A stretch of 64,000 bases of DNA from Pirellulales bacterium (GTDB lineage Bacteria; Planctomycetota; Planctomycetia; Pirellulales; S012-138). This document shows positions 11,040-21,183 of the stretch, piece by piece. Positions within the stretch are counted from its first letter, which is position 1; every line of letters starts with the position of its first letter. Position numbers and translations under genes: made by a program. The notes below the pieces were generated by a model that worked only from the letters and a program-made list of their open reading frames with translations, ran no database searches and was not told the origin of the DNA. The DNA is taken from the NCBI GenBank assembly GCA_028066245.1, contig JALCBR010000012.1, forward strand, positions 635 through 64,634, in the 5' to 3' direction.

Positions 11040-13754
11040 TCACACGGCAACTTGATCGCGCGCGCTTGCGAATTTGCGAATTGACGTGAGTAGACGCTCT
11101 TGGTCCATCTTCACTTGGTAATCGTCAACGCCGCTGGCCATTCCGGCCTCGATATCAGCGTCGCCCGCCCGCGATGTCAGGGTGATGACAGGCAAATGAG
11201 CGAACCGCTCTGACTGCTTGATGTTGCGGCAAAGCTCCAGGCCAGTCATGTGCGGCATCTCGACATCGGTAAGCACCAGATCAACGGGGCGCTCGAGCTC
11301 GTGTAAGCCTTCCCATGCCTTTAGGCCGTCGGGAAACGCCACGATCTCATATCCCGCGCCGACAAGCACGGTCGACACTTGCTTGCGGAAAAAGGAGGAA
11401 TCTTCCGCGAAGAGAATCCTGAATGGGAGTTCTTCGCTTTCCGATCTTGCTGGCTCCCAATCATCTTCGTGTTGTCGGGACGGCAGTGGGATCGCGGCGT
11501 TGGCGAGTTCTTGAATATCGAGTAATCGTGTTGTGTGGCCGTTAATGGGAAGAATACCAGCGACGCCAGATTCTGCCGCCGTTGACGTGTCAAGTGCCAA
11601 GTCCACATCGTGGATGTCTTCTAAAGTCGGCGCGATCAGGCCGATCTCTCGTCCGGAGAACGCAAAGACAATCACAAACACCGTCGAAGGCAAATTCGGC
11701 GGATCCGCTTGAATGCACTCTTCGAGTGCGATCAACGGGAGAGTGTTGCCACGGTATTGAATAAGCTTTCGGCCTCCGATCGACTCGATGCGATTCGTGT
11801 CGACGCGCTCAATTCTGGCGATGCGCGGCATGGGCACGGCGAACCTGTCCTCTGGTGCGTTCGCAAACAACAGCACGGTTTGCAGTTCATCGAGATGAGA
11901 TGTCCCTCCCTCGTTTTCATGCGAAGCTTCTTCTTGGAGCGGATTCAGCTCGCTCATCGCGGCAATCCCAGAGATATCCAAGATCAGAGCGATTTCGCCA
12001 TCACCCAGAATCGTGGCCCCCGAAAGACACGTGCACTTTTTCAACAGGCTGCTAAGCGGCTTGACGACAATCTCTTCGGAATCTTGCAGGCTCTCAACAG
12101 CGATCCCAAACTGCTGCTGACCAGATTCGACGACGAGAATATTCAAACGAGAGTCACACTCACGTGCGGGAGCGTCACTTTCAGTGGTGTGCGCATTGCC
12201 TTGCCGCAAGAGCTTGTCCAAGCGGATCAGCGGCAGAAGTTTGCCCCGTAGCCTCAGTACCTCATTCCCTTTGATAACGCCAAGACGCTTCTTAAAGTCG
12301 TCAGGGCGGACGCGTACCAATTCCAAAATGTTGACTTGGGGAATCGCGAAGCGACTGTTGCCGTTCCTGACAATCAACGATGGAATGATTGCCAACGTGA
12401 GCGGAAGGGTAATTTGGAGCGACGTTCCTTTGCCAGGCTGCGACTCGATGTCAACGACCCCGCCCAGGCGTTCAATATTTGAGCGAACGACATCCATTCC
12501 CACGCCGCGGCCGCTCACATCACTGACCGTCTCCGCCGTAGAAAATCCTGGATGGAAGATCAGTCGATAGGCGTCTCGATCTGAGATATTGTTGGCGATC
12601 TCTGGCGTGATGAGCCCTTTGTCGAGCGCTTTCTGCTTGAGCCGTTCCACGTTGATTCCGGCGCCATCATCCTTCACCTCGATGGCAACTTGCCCCGATA
12701 GGTGCGCGGCCCTCAAATGGACCTGACCCGTCTCGGGTTTGCCATTGCGCTCACGTTCATCGGGGGATTCAACGCCGTGGTCAACAGAGTTCCGTATGAG
12801 ATGAGTCAATGGATCAGCAATGGCTTCAATGATCGTCTTATCGACTTCGACCTCATGGCCTTCGATATGCAGCGCGCATTTCTTGCCCAACTGCTGGCTC
12901 AGATCGCGCACGACGCGAGTGAAGCGATTGAACACTGATCCGATCGGCTGCATGCGAGTCTGCATGATGGCATCTTGCATCTCGCTCGTGACCTGACTGA
13001 TACGTGCGGCAACGGATTCGAGTCCTTCAACTGGTGATGCATTGATCTGCTGCAGAAACTGATTGCGACTGAGCACCAGTTCGCCGGCAAGATTCATCAA
13101 CTGGTCAAGCAGCTCAACGGAAACGCGGATGTTGCTTTCCTTTGATGATTTCACCGCACCATCCCTGGCTGTGGATGAGTTGTTGCCAGCCGGTGCTGCA
13201 CTAGATTGAGGGCCCACAGCTTCTGGCGAATCAGATTTTTCTGTCATAGATGATGCGGACGCAGTCGGTTTTGAAGTCGGTTGGTTCGGCACATCTGACT
13301 TGGCCGTTTCAACTGCAATGACATCGGAAGCTTTGTCACCACCTGTCGCCTGCGGACGTTCGGCAGCAGCCGCGAGTTCGTCTAGCTCAGCAACCAAATC
13401 CTTAACACAAACGTCATTTGAACCTTCGATGTCACCCACCAAGTCTCGCAACTTGTCAGCCGCTCGCAGCATGGAATCAGTCAGCGGACCGGATGGCTCA
13501 ACTTGCTTTTCCCGCAACAGGTTGAGGACGTTTTCCAGAGAGTGCGACAGGCTCTTGATCGCCTGAAGGCCAAAGAAACCAGCCGCTCCTTTGATGGAAT
13601 GCACCGCACGAAAGACGTCATTGACAATGGTGCCATCCGCGTCTTCACCAGCATTTTCCATCGCCAGGATTTGGTGTTCAATCCCCGCTAAGTGCTCGGT
13701 TGATTCGACCGCAAACTCACGCAACAGATCTGCGTCTTCAAAACTTGCTGTCAT
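11040..13754 (-). CDS. cheA: Hybrid chemotaxis histidine kinase CheA (Hpt, dimerisation, HATPase, two CheW-like domains, REC)
   Basis: FRAVHSIKGAAGF Hpt; HLIRNSVDHG; FHPGFST; SGRGVGMDVV; two CheW-like regions; C-terminal receiver (LVLTDVEMP). Confidence 0.95.
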   Translation of the reverse strand: MTASFEDADLLREFAVESTEHLAGIEHQILAMENAGEDADGTIVNDVFRAVHSIKGAAGFFGLQAIKSLSHSLENVLNLLREKQVEPSGPLTDSMLRAADKLRDLVGDIEGSNDVCVKDLVAELDELAAAAERPQATGGDKASDVIAVETAKSDVPNQPTSKPTASASSMTEKSDSPEAVGPQSSAAPAGNNSSTARDGAVKSSKESNIRVSVELLDQLMNLAGELVLSRNQFLQQINASPVEGLESVAARISQVTSEMQDAIMQTRMQPIGSVFNRFTRVVRDLSQQLGKKCALHIEGHEVEVDKTIIEAIADPLTHLIRNSVDHGVESPDERERNGKPETGQVHLRAAHLSGQVAIEVKDDGAGINVERLKQKALDKGLITPEIANNISDRDAYRLIFHPGFSTAETVSDVSGRGVGMDVVRSNIERLGGVVDIESQPGKGTSLQITLPLTLAIIPSLIVRNGNSRFAIPQVNILELVRVRPDDFKKRLGVIKGNEVLRLRGKLLPLIRLDKLLRQGNAHTTESDAPARECDSRLNILVVESGQQQFGIAVESLQDSEEIVVKPLSSLLKKCTCLSGATILGDGEIALILDISGIAAMSELNPLQEEASHENEGGTSHLDELQTVLLFANAPEDRFAVPMPRIARIERVDTNRIESIGGRKLIQYRGNTLPLIALEECIQADPPNLPSTVFVIVFAFSGREIGLIAPTLEDIHDVDLALDTSTAAESGVAGILPINGHTTRLLDIQELANAAIPLPSRQHEDDWEPARSESEELPFRILFAEDSSFFRKQVSTVLVGAGYEIVAFPDGLKAWEGLHELERPVDLVLTDVEMPHMTGLELCRNIKQSERFAHLPVITLTSRAGDADIEAGMASGVDDYQVKMDQERLLTSIRKFASARDQVAV

Positions 13755-14336
13755 TTTCTTCACCACCGAATCGTCAAGATCGAGCTTTGACCGAAACGGC
13801 CATGGGTCGATTGCATTTTTGCGCAATCATTGGTCCAAGACCGCATCGATATTGCCCGTATTTGATAGGCGAAATGGCGCGCCGTGCAGAGTCAACTGAC
13901 TTCGCGCCTGGTGGTATGTAGTTCACAGCAATCGATTGGCAAACGGATTGTTAAGAATCATGGGATGTCACATCCAAGCGAACAGATACATCCGATTTCA
14001 CAGATGATTGATCGCCACAAGACATGGTGCAAACAGGCTGCTGAAACGCCCCGCTATGGTGTACTCAGCGCGGGTGGAATGGATCGCGTACCGTTCGTAG
14101 ATCGAGTTACGATTCTGGAATTTCATCCACGGGATTAGCGCGGCCCGTTGAACAACCAGCGGCACCAAGTTATCGCACCGGTCAACGACTGGATCGAGAA
14201 CAACGATTCTCTTGGATTTCCGGACCACGGCATGCCGATGATTTGAAAGCGCTTCACTCCAGTTGCTCAACTTCGACATTGTTGACCCGTAACACGATGT
14301 CCGTTCATCATCCACTTGTTTTTCGGAGACGCGCGA

Positions 14337-15647
14337 ATGTCCAGAATCTTGCTGAGCGCGGCAGTCGTCTCTCTCGCACTGATCAACTCTCGTGCTTGCT
14401 GGGCGCAGGGCGAAACCGCAGTAACCCATGACAGGCTGTTGCACGAATCTGCATTATTGGAAGAGACTGCAGGTTGGGATGACTTGGAAGCTCAGGGCTT
14501 GGCACCCTGCGAGCCGGTTGGCGAATGTTGCTGCAGCTCGTGTGTGCTGGGGGAGCCTTGGCAGCTCTTCCCAGAGCGCTGCGGTTGGATCGCCGGTGGA
14601 TGGCTATCGGCAGGCATCTTCGAAAATGAATTCGGTGATCGAACAAACGGCCCCCTCGGTTTTAATGACTACGCAAACGGATTCTTGTCCCACCAAAACT
14701 GGCTCTTCATTGAGCGGACAAGACAATCTGAATGTGGGTGTTGGGATTGGGGTCTCCGCGCGGATTTTGTGCACGGAGCCGATGGTCCAGACACGCAGGC
14801 TTTTGGAGATGAAGGCTGGGATTTTGGATGGAACACATCCAACAACAACGTCTATGGCGCGGCGATCCCTCAGCTCTATCTGGAATTGGGAAATGAAGAC
14901 CTGAGCATCAAGCTGGGCCATTTTTACACGATCATTGGTTATGAAGTTGTGCAGGCTCCCGACAACTTCTTCTTCAGCCACTCCTATACGATGTACTATG
15001 GCGAACCTTTCACGCACACCGGAGCCTTGGCAACCTATAACGTAAGTGATGATGTCGCGTTTATGGGTGGTTGGACTGCCGGCTGGGATAGCGGCTGGGA
15101 AAACCGCTTCGACGCGTCAACTTTCCTGGGCGGCGTCGCTTTAAATCTGACAGAAGAAACGTCAATGACGTATGCGCTCGTGGCAGGTGATTTCGGGAAC
15201 GGCGCTCCGAATAATGCCGGCGATATCTACATGCACAGTGTTGTTCTCTCGCGCCAAATCAGCGATCGCCTAACGCATATCTTGCAAAGCGATGTCGGGA
15301 ACAACTCTGGCCTGGGCCCAGGAGATAGCGAGTGGTACGGCGTCAACTCCTATCTCCTGTATATGGTCAATGATTGTTGGAGCATCGGGCAAAGGTCAGA
15401 ATGGTTCCGTGATGACGATGGCGCGCGCGTGTCATCCCCCAACGGCGGGTTCAACGGAGCTGCAGGAAGCTACTACGAGCTGACAGTCGGAATCAACTAT
15501 CGCCCAAATGCCAACGTCTTGTTCCGGCCTGAAATACGGTGGGATTGGTTTGAGGCCGATAGGAACGTTGCCGCTTTGCCGTGGAGCGATTTGAACAACC
15601 AAGATCGCCAATTCGCGTACGGCTTTGATGCGATCTTGACCTATTGA
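14337..15647 (+). CDS. Putative beta-barrel porin, BBP2/OmpL-like family
   Basis: Signal peptide; GHFYTIIGYEVVQAPDNFFFSHSY...GEPFTHTG; RPEIRWDW; C-terminal aromatic residue (DAILTY). Confidence 0.8.
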   Translation: MSRILLSAAVVSLALINSRACWAQGETAVTHDRLLHESALLEETAGWDDLEAQGLAPCEPVGECCCSSCVLGEPWQLFPERCGWIAGGWLSAGIFENEFGDRTNGPLGFNDYANGFLSHQNWLFIERTRQSECGCWDWGLRADFVHGADGPDTQAFGDEGWDFGWNTSNNNVYGAAIPQLYLELGNEDLSIKLGHFYTIIGYEVVQAPDNFFFSHSYTMYYGEPFTHTGALATYNVSDDVAFMGGWTAGWDSGWENRFDASTFLGGVALNLTEETSMTYALVAGDFGNGAPNNAGDIYMHSVVLSRQISDRLTHILQSDVGNNSGLGPGDSEWYGVNSYLLYMVNDCWSIGQRSEWFRDDDGARVSSPNGGFNGAAGSYYELTVGINYRPNANVLFRPEIRWDWFEADRNVAALPWSDLNNQDRQFAYGFDAILTY

Positions 15648-16083
15648 CGCATTACGAGGCCGCGTGACATCAGAGCTGGGAGGATGGTCGTCAAGCTCTT
15701 CTGCCGTGCCCGCAGCTTGATCGCCAGCTGTTTGGCGACGGTCTGTAAACCCGTCTGGGACTGTGCGCAAGCGCGCGAAATCCGGCCGCCATCCGGTCTA
15801 TCGTGCAACTGAGAGTCTGGAAGTTCGGGCGACATTTCGGCACCAGCTCTTTGGCGAGCCAGGGATGTGTCGCCTAGGAGAGCCCAGTCATCGGGCAAGA
15901 GAAACGGGCGCGATTTGGCCGGAGATCTCAGATCGCAAACGCCTGATTCACAATCGCTTACAACAAGGCACGCCTTCGTGGTGTCGTGAACCTGAGGTGT
16001 TCGGCTCCTTTCCGCAGTCAGGCCATTCTGGTACCATAGCTCAGGTCGGCGTTTGCCGGAATCGATCCGCTAGCTGCGAGACC

Positions 16084-16102
16084 AACTGCCATAATGGCAG
16101 TT
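16084..16102. promoter_or_regulatory. Perfect 9-1-9 dyad AACTGCCAT-A-ATGGCAGTT, candidate operator
   Basis: Exact palindrome read from the sequence; contains a CATAAT -10-like hexamer; lies upstream of the small-protein/RRM pair. Confidence 0.4.
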
Positions 16103-16341
16103 TCGCGTTCCCCTCGTTTTGAGAGCGACGCCAAACGCCTGGCTTGCAGAAGTTATCCCGGACAGTTGCACGCCTAGGCAGTGGGCCTTTGCGGCGTCCG
16201 GAGTTTGTGAATCTGAGCATCCAACACTCTCCGTCGATTCTAAACGAGGAGGTTGCAAGACCGCCCAGAGACAGAATTCGGCATCGGCGAGATGTTGTGG
16301 CAGCGGTTCAGAGAACAAAGGCGCGCGGGAGGATTCCAGCA

Positions 16342-16554
16342 ATGAGCACAACGATGATTCAGCACCTCGACGATCGTACACGCCGCAAGGCGTTCAGATT
16401 GCTGGTGACACGGCAGGATCGAGGCGAGACGGTGGCGACGTCCCGGCTTCGGATCTCTCAGCAATTCAATATTGGATACCGACAGCTTCTCGGAATCGAA
16501 CGTGAGGGGTTGGAGAAGCAATGGCCTCCCCTAAGTAAGAAGGACACTCGATGA
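16342..16554 (+). CDS. Small hypothetical protein (70 aa), possibly helix-turn-helix
   Basis: GGGAGG RBS before ATG 16342; RRKAFRLLVTRQD...SRLRISQQFNI...IEREGLEKQWPPL resembles a small planctomycete family; ATGA overlap with the RRM gene. Confidence 0.7.
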   Translation: MSTTMIQHLDDRTRRKAFRLLVTRQDRGETVATSRLRISQQFNIGYRQLLGIEREGLEKQWPPLSKKDTR

Positions 16555-16835
16555 CGAACATCTATGTCGGCAACCTGTCGTACGAGGCTTCGCAAGAAGA
16601 ACTGATGGAGGCCTTTGGTCGATACGGCGCCGTTTCTAACGTAAATCTGATCGTAGACCGAATGACCGGCCGTTCGCGTGGATTTGCTTTCGTGGAAATG
16701 CCCAACTCGGCGGAAGCCAAGAAAGCCATTGAAGAGTTAAACCTGACGAAAGTTGCAGGACGCGCGATGACCGTTAACGAAGCTCGCCCCAAGCAATCGC
16801 GTTCCGGCGGTGGCGGTCGTGGTGGCCGCTGGTAG
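16551..16835 (+). CDS. RNA-recognition-motif (RRM) RNA-binding protein with Gly/Arg tail
   Basis: RNP2 IYVGNL and RNP1 RGFAFVEM; VNEARPK; GGGGRGGRW tail. Confidence 0.95.
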   Translation: MTNIYVGNLSYEASQEELMEAFGRYGAVSNVNLIVDRMTGRSRGFAFVEMPNSAEAKKAIEELNLTKVAGRAMTVNEARPKQSRSGGGGRGGRW

Positions 16836-16861
16836 TTGGCGGTCGGCAACACATTTCAATC

Positions 16862-16892
16862 AAGCCCGACGTAAATCGTCGGGCTTTTTTTT
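16862..16892 (+). terminator. Rho-independent terminator
   Basis: AAGCCCGAC-loop-GTCGGGCTT followed by a T run, just after the RRM stop. Confidence 0.9.
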
Positions 16893-17016
16893 GCACACCT
16901 GGGCACCCTGCGGGGCAGAGACTCGAAATTGGAAATCAGGATCGAATCGGTCAGGTAGATTCCCACGCTGTGTTTTCCGCCACTGAAGGAGAATTTCTTC
17001 GAAAATGCCGATCTAG

Positions 17017-17048
17017 AATTGATATTGATACCCATTCTCAATACAATT
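17017..17048. promoter_or_regulatory. Fur-box-like iron-regulatory operator upstream of feoA
   Basis: GATATTGATACCCATTCTC (17021-17039) matches the Fur consensus GATAATGATAATCATTATC at 15 of 19 positions, inside a larger AT-rich dyad. Confidence 0.75.
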
Positions 17049-17160
17049 CGGCAGTCGCGGGGAGCGGTTGGTCAAACGCAAGTCCGCGAGATTGCCGTAA
17101 GTTGTTTGAAAGAAAAACCTTATCGTCCTAGTTCCTCGCCACAGATACTTGGTTCCTCCC

Positions 17161-17424
17161 ATGGCTACCGTAGCATTGTCGCTGGATCAACTGGAATGCG
17201 GTCGTCGCGCTCGGGTGGTTTCCATGGATGAAAGGGATTCGACGTCCGTTCGACTGATGGAAATGGGGATCACACCGGGCGAAGTCGTCGAGTCTTTGGG
17301 GTTTGCACCATTTGGGGACCCATTGGCCATTCACGTTCGTGGTTCACGGCTGGCCCTTCGATCGCACCAAGCGCGCAAGATTCAAGTGGAGCTTGAGGAG
17401 TGCGAGTTGCGATCATCCGTGTGA
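17161..17424 (+). CDS. feoA: Ferrous iron transport protein A
   Basis: RLMEMGITPG...APFGDPLAIHVRGSRLALR. Confidence 0.95.
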   Translation: MATVALSLDQLECGRRARVVSMDERDSTSVRLMEMGITPGEVVESLGFAPFGDPLAIHVRGSRLALRSHQARKIQVELEECELRSSV

Positions 17425-17535
17425 AACCAAACACCGCAACTGATAACCGCCCCGCAAGTTTTTAAGGCATCGCTTCGGCGCCCTCTCGGCGAAATATCAA
17501 ACGCCAGAGTCCTGCTGGGGATGTGACCAGGCCTA

Positions 17536-19761
17536 GTGGTGATGACTGCTTCAAGCGTCGCGAAAACGTCGCAGTTTGGCACGCGAACGTTGCAGTTCGC
17601 GCTGGTGGGCAATCCCAACACCGGCAAAAGCACGCTCTTTAATGCGCTTGTCGGCGGCAAAGCCCACACAGGCAACTTCCCCGGCGTCACGGTGGAGAAG
17701 AAAACCGGCCAATTGCAGCATGCCGGTCAAACCGTGCAACTGATTGACTTGCCGGGGACGTACAGTCTTTCACCACGGTCTTTGGATGAGCTGTTGACTG
17801 TGGATGTGCTGCTTGGCCGGCAGCCAGAGATCGGGCAGATTGATGGCATCATCTGTATCGCCAACGCGGTCAACCTGGAGCGGCAGCTCTATCTCTTCAG
17901 CCAATTGGCCGAATGCGGACTTCCGCTGGTGCTGGTGCTGAATATGTGGGATACAGCGCAGGCGCGCGAGCTGAAGATCGATCTGGAGGCCTTGCGATCG
18001 AAGCTGGGCGTGCCGGTCATTGCTACTGAAGCCCATCGTGGACGGGGTGTGGAAGGCGTCAAGGACGCCATCCTTCAAGCCGCAGCAGCGGGAGTTGCTC
18101 CGGCGTATGGTGTGGAATTCCCCGGCGATTTCCAGCAAGCTTGCCGGGATGTGAGCGCATTTGTTACTGAGAACCTTAGGGCCGATGCTGCCTATCCCGA
18201 GTTCCTCTGCGCACGACTGATCTTGGATGTTGACGGTGCTGCGGAAGCTAGGCTGGCTCCGCAAGTCCCTGACTTGAAACAACGCCTACAAGATGTGCGT
18301 GCAGCGTTGCGGCAAGTCGGTCACGAATTACCGGCCTTGGAATCTCAACAACGCTACGCCTGGTGCCGACAGCTCGCTTCTGCCGTCGTTCAGTCGCCAA
18401 CAGTTCGCAAACGCAGCTGGACAGACCGGTTAGACGCAGTGCTCACACATCGGCTATGGGGCTTGCTGATCTGTACGGGGCTCATGTTCCTGGTCTTTCA
18501 GGCTCTGTTTTCTTGGGCTGAGCCTCTGATGGGCTACTGCGAAACGGGGCAAGAGTGGGTATCAGGTGTTGTGACAGCCAGCATGAGCCCTGGCTCGCTA
18601 CGCAGCTTGTTGACAGACGGTGTGATTGCGGGTGTGGGAGGCGTGCTGATCTTTCTGCCGCAGATCATGCTGCTATTTCTCTTCATCGCTATCCTGGAAG
18701 ACTCCGGTTATATGGCCAGGGCAGCTTACATGGTTGATCGGTTGCTGTCCGTCTTTGGACTCAACGGCAAGTCCTTCTTGCCGTTGATGTCTTCGTTTGC
18801 TTGTGCAGTGCCTGGCATCATGGCAACCCGAGTGATTGAGGATCGCAAGGATCGGATGGTCACAATCTTGATTGCCCCTTTGATGAGTTGTTCTGCCCGC
18901 CTGCCAGTCTATCTCCTATTGATTGCGGCCTTTGTTCCGCAACAGCACGTCCTGGGCGGGTTCTTGTCCGTACAGGGAATGGTGCTGTTTGGAATGTCCG
19001 CCTTGGGTGCGGTGGTGGCTATCCCTGTGGCATGGCTGTTTCGCAAAACTCTGTTCCGCGGCGCGCCATCATCCTTTGTGATGGAATTGCCTGACTACAA
19101 AATCCCTTCGCTCAAATTGGTGCTGCTGAGATCGTATCGTTGTGGCAAGACCTTCGTGCTGCGGGCGGGAACGCTGATCTTCGCCACCACCATCGTGGTT
19201 TGGGCGGCGGCGTACTTCCCTGGCGATCACACTCTCATTCACGAACTCGATGCGCAGATTGAAGCACTTGCTGATGAAACATCCGCGGCGGAAGAGGTCT
19301 CCAAGCTGCAAAGCGAACGCAACGAAATCTCGGGAAAGCTCATCAGCGAAAGCGTCCTTGGCCAAGCTGGCCGGGCCGTGGAACCGGTCGTCAAGCCACT
19401 GGGGTGGGATTGGAAAATCGGTATGGGCGTGCTTGCTTCCTTCCCGGCGCGCGAAGTCGTCATCGCCACCTTGGGCACCATCTACAGCCTGGGCGGTGAC
19501 CAGCACGAAGAGTCCGAGTCACTGCAGGATGCCATGCGAGACAGCAAATGGCCGGATGGAACGCCGGTGTACAACCTCCCGGTCGCGCTATCGTTGATGG
19601 TGTTCTTCGCGCTGTGCGCCCAATGTGCGTCTACGTTGGTCATCATGAAGAGGGAAACCAATAGTTGGCGATGGCCAGCCTTGTGTTTTATTTATATGAC
19701 AGGCTTGGCCTACGTCGGTAGTTTGTTGACGTATCAGGTTTCCCGTTGGATCATGACGTAG
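17536..19761 (+). CDS. feoB: Ferrous iron transport protein B
   Basis: G1 GNPNTGKS, GNFPGVTVE, DLPGTYSL, LEDSGYMARAA, PLMSCSARLPVY, gate TM regions. Confidence 0.97.
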   Translation: MVMTASSVAKTSQFGTRTLQFALVGNPNTGKSTLFNALVGGKAHTGNFPGVTVEKKTGQLQHAGQTVQLIDLPGTYSLSPRSLDELLTVDVLLGRQPEIGQIDGIICIANAVNLERQLYLFSQLAECGLPLVLVLNMWDTAQARELKIDLEALRSKLGVPVIATEAHRGRGVEGVKDAILQAAAAGVAPAYGVEFPGDFQQACRDVSAFVTENLRADAAYPEFLCARLILDVDGAAEARLAPQVPDLKQRLQDVRAALRQVGHELPALESQQRYAWCRQLASAVVQSPTVRKRSWTDRLDAVLTHRLWGLLICTGLMFLVFQALFSWAEPLMGYCETGQEWVSGVVTASMSPGSLRSLLTDGVIAGVGGVLIFLPQIMLLFLFIAILEDSGYMARAAYMVDRLLSVFGLNGKSFLPLMSSFACAVPGIMATRVIEDRKDRMVTILIAPLMSCSARLPVYLLLIAAFVPQQHVLGGFLSVQGMVLFGMSALGAVVAIPVAWLFRKTLFRGAPSSFVMELPDYKIPSLKLVLLRSYRCGKTFVLRAGTLIFATTIVVWAAAYFPGDHTLIHELDAQIEALADETSAAEEVSKLQSERNEISGKLISESVLGQAGRAVEPVVKPLGWDWKIGMGVLASFPAREVVIATLGTIYSLGGDQHEESESLQDAMRDSKWPDGTPVYNLPVALSLMVFFALCAQCASTLVIMKRETNSWRWPALCFIYMTGLAYVGSLLTYQVSRWIMT

Positions 19762-19887
19762 ATGCCCGGGCGACGTGGAATGTAGCGCCACCATTGCCTT
19801 GGCAAAAGCAGATGAGAATTCTGCGTTAACCGAAACTCGTCGCGAGTTACCCGTAGCGTTCGTTCTCAACCTTTCGTCAGTGGCAAG

Positions 19888-20127
19888 ATGTCAAATCTGC
19901 TCGACAACTTGATCGATCCGCAATCGGCCTTCACGGTTGCGCTGGTCGTCGTAGCTATCGGCTACCTGATCCTGCGGACAGTTCGTTTTGTCCACAAGGC
20001 GAGGTCCTCCGACAAGTCAAACGCTTGCGGCGGCTGCGCCGGCGATTGTTCTGCTTCAACCAGCAGCACGCCCCAGCCGCTGGTCACGTTGGATGTCACT
20101 GGCGTCAGCCGGCATGCGCGCGGCTAA
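19888..20127 (+). CDS. FeoB-associated Cys-rich small membrane protein
   Basis: One TM helix followed by CGGCAGDC; directly downstream of feoB. Confidence 0.8.
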   Translation: MSNLLDNLIDPQSAFTVALVVVAIGYLILRTVRFVHKARSSDKSNACGGCAGDCSASTSSTPQPLVTLDVTGVSRHARG

Positions 20128-20205
20128 CGCGGACAAACTGCATATTCATGCCGGAAACCAACACGGATGCATACACGGAGCATCCCACATGAATGGTGAA
20201 GGGGA

Positions 20206-20729
20206 GTGCCATGGTCGAACAGCGAGAGTCCGAAGTCGCGTTGGCAACTTAGTTTGACGGCGCTGCTTGGCGTTATCAGTGTAGTAGCTGGTACTCTCGC
20301 CTACTTGAAAGTGATGGGATTTGGGTGGATCGTTTTCGTCGCGTGGGGATGGATATGCATCGCGGCGATGTGGATCCGCATGAATTCCGGAAGCGCGCGC
20401 TGGAGTTTGTCTCTCGTGCTGGTGTTGGTGGCGCCATCGGAACCTATGTCGCGATGCATGTCCTGTCGATCTCAGAGTTGAGTTCAAGTGAGGAAGGACC
20501 ACAACTCGACCCGGCGGATTTCGCGGGCATGGCCGTCGTGCTGGGAGCGACAGGGGGATCGATTGTTGGCATGCTTGCCTACGCCAATGCGGCCGCAGCG
20601 ATGCGAGTGCGCGACGCTAACTCAAACGAAGGAGTAGCAACCCCTTCAAAAGGCCACATCGCCGTTGCAACAGGTGGCTTGCTGATCGGCCTCTTGTGGT
20701 TGATTTTTCTCGTGCTGAACCTTCTGTAG
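20206..20729 (+). pseudogene. Membrane protein apparently split by a frameshift near 20390 (or a sequencing error)
   Basis: Frame 1 starts with RBS, WQLSLTALLGVISVVA and a second TM; the overlapping frame continues with further TM helices to 20729 and lacks a convincing start of its own. Confidence 0.45.
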
Positions 20730-21183
20730 CCGCGGACTTATTGGGGGTTTTCAGTCCAAGTGGAAAGCTAGTTTTTTGAATTTTCGTCATCGACAGTATG
20801 GTGAGCGGAGCGCGCTTCTTTAACGCCCTGGCAAACTCCCGAGACTTCTCCCCCGATCAAATTCGTTGCAGCAATTTGTCTCGCACGAATGTTTCTCGCG
20901 TAGCGGCTAGGTAAACCTGACAGCCTTGTGAAGGTCTCACTCCAGGTATTCATCGCCACAGGGTTGGAATAATCGCGCATATTCCGTCTTATGCGTGATC
21001 GCCTCAAGTTCGCAAAAGAAAAACGCCGCTGCTGAATGCCTAATGCCCGTAGATTACCGGGTCCGATAGCTCTTCTACACACCTTAAGCAGCATTGATGC
21101 ATCATGGATGACGCGTCCTTCCGGAGCTGCCGGTTGCCGAAAAAAATCCCACCTCGACACCATCTCGCCGTCCGGAGGAGATT

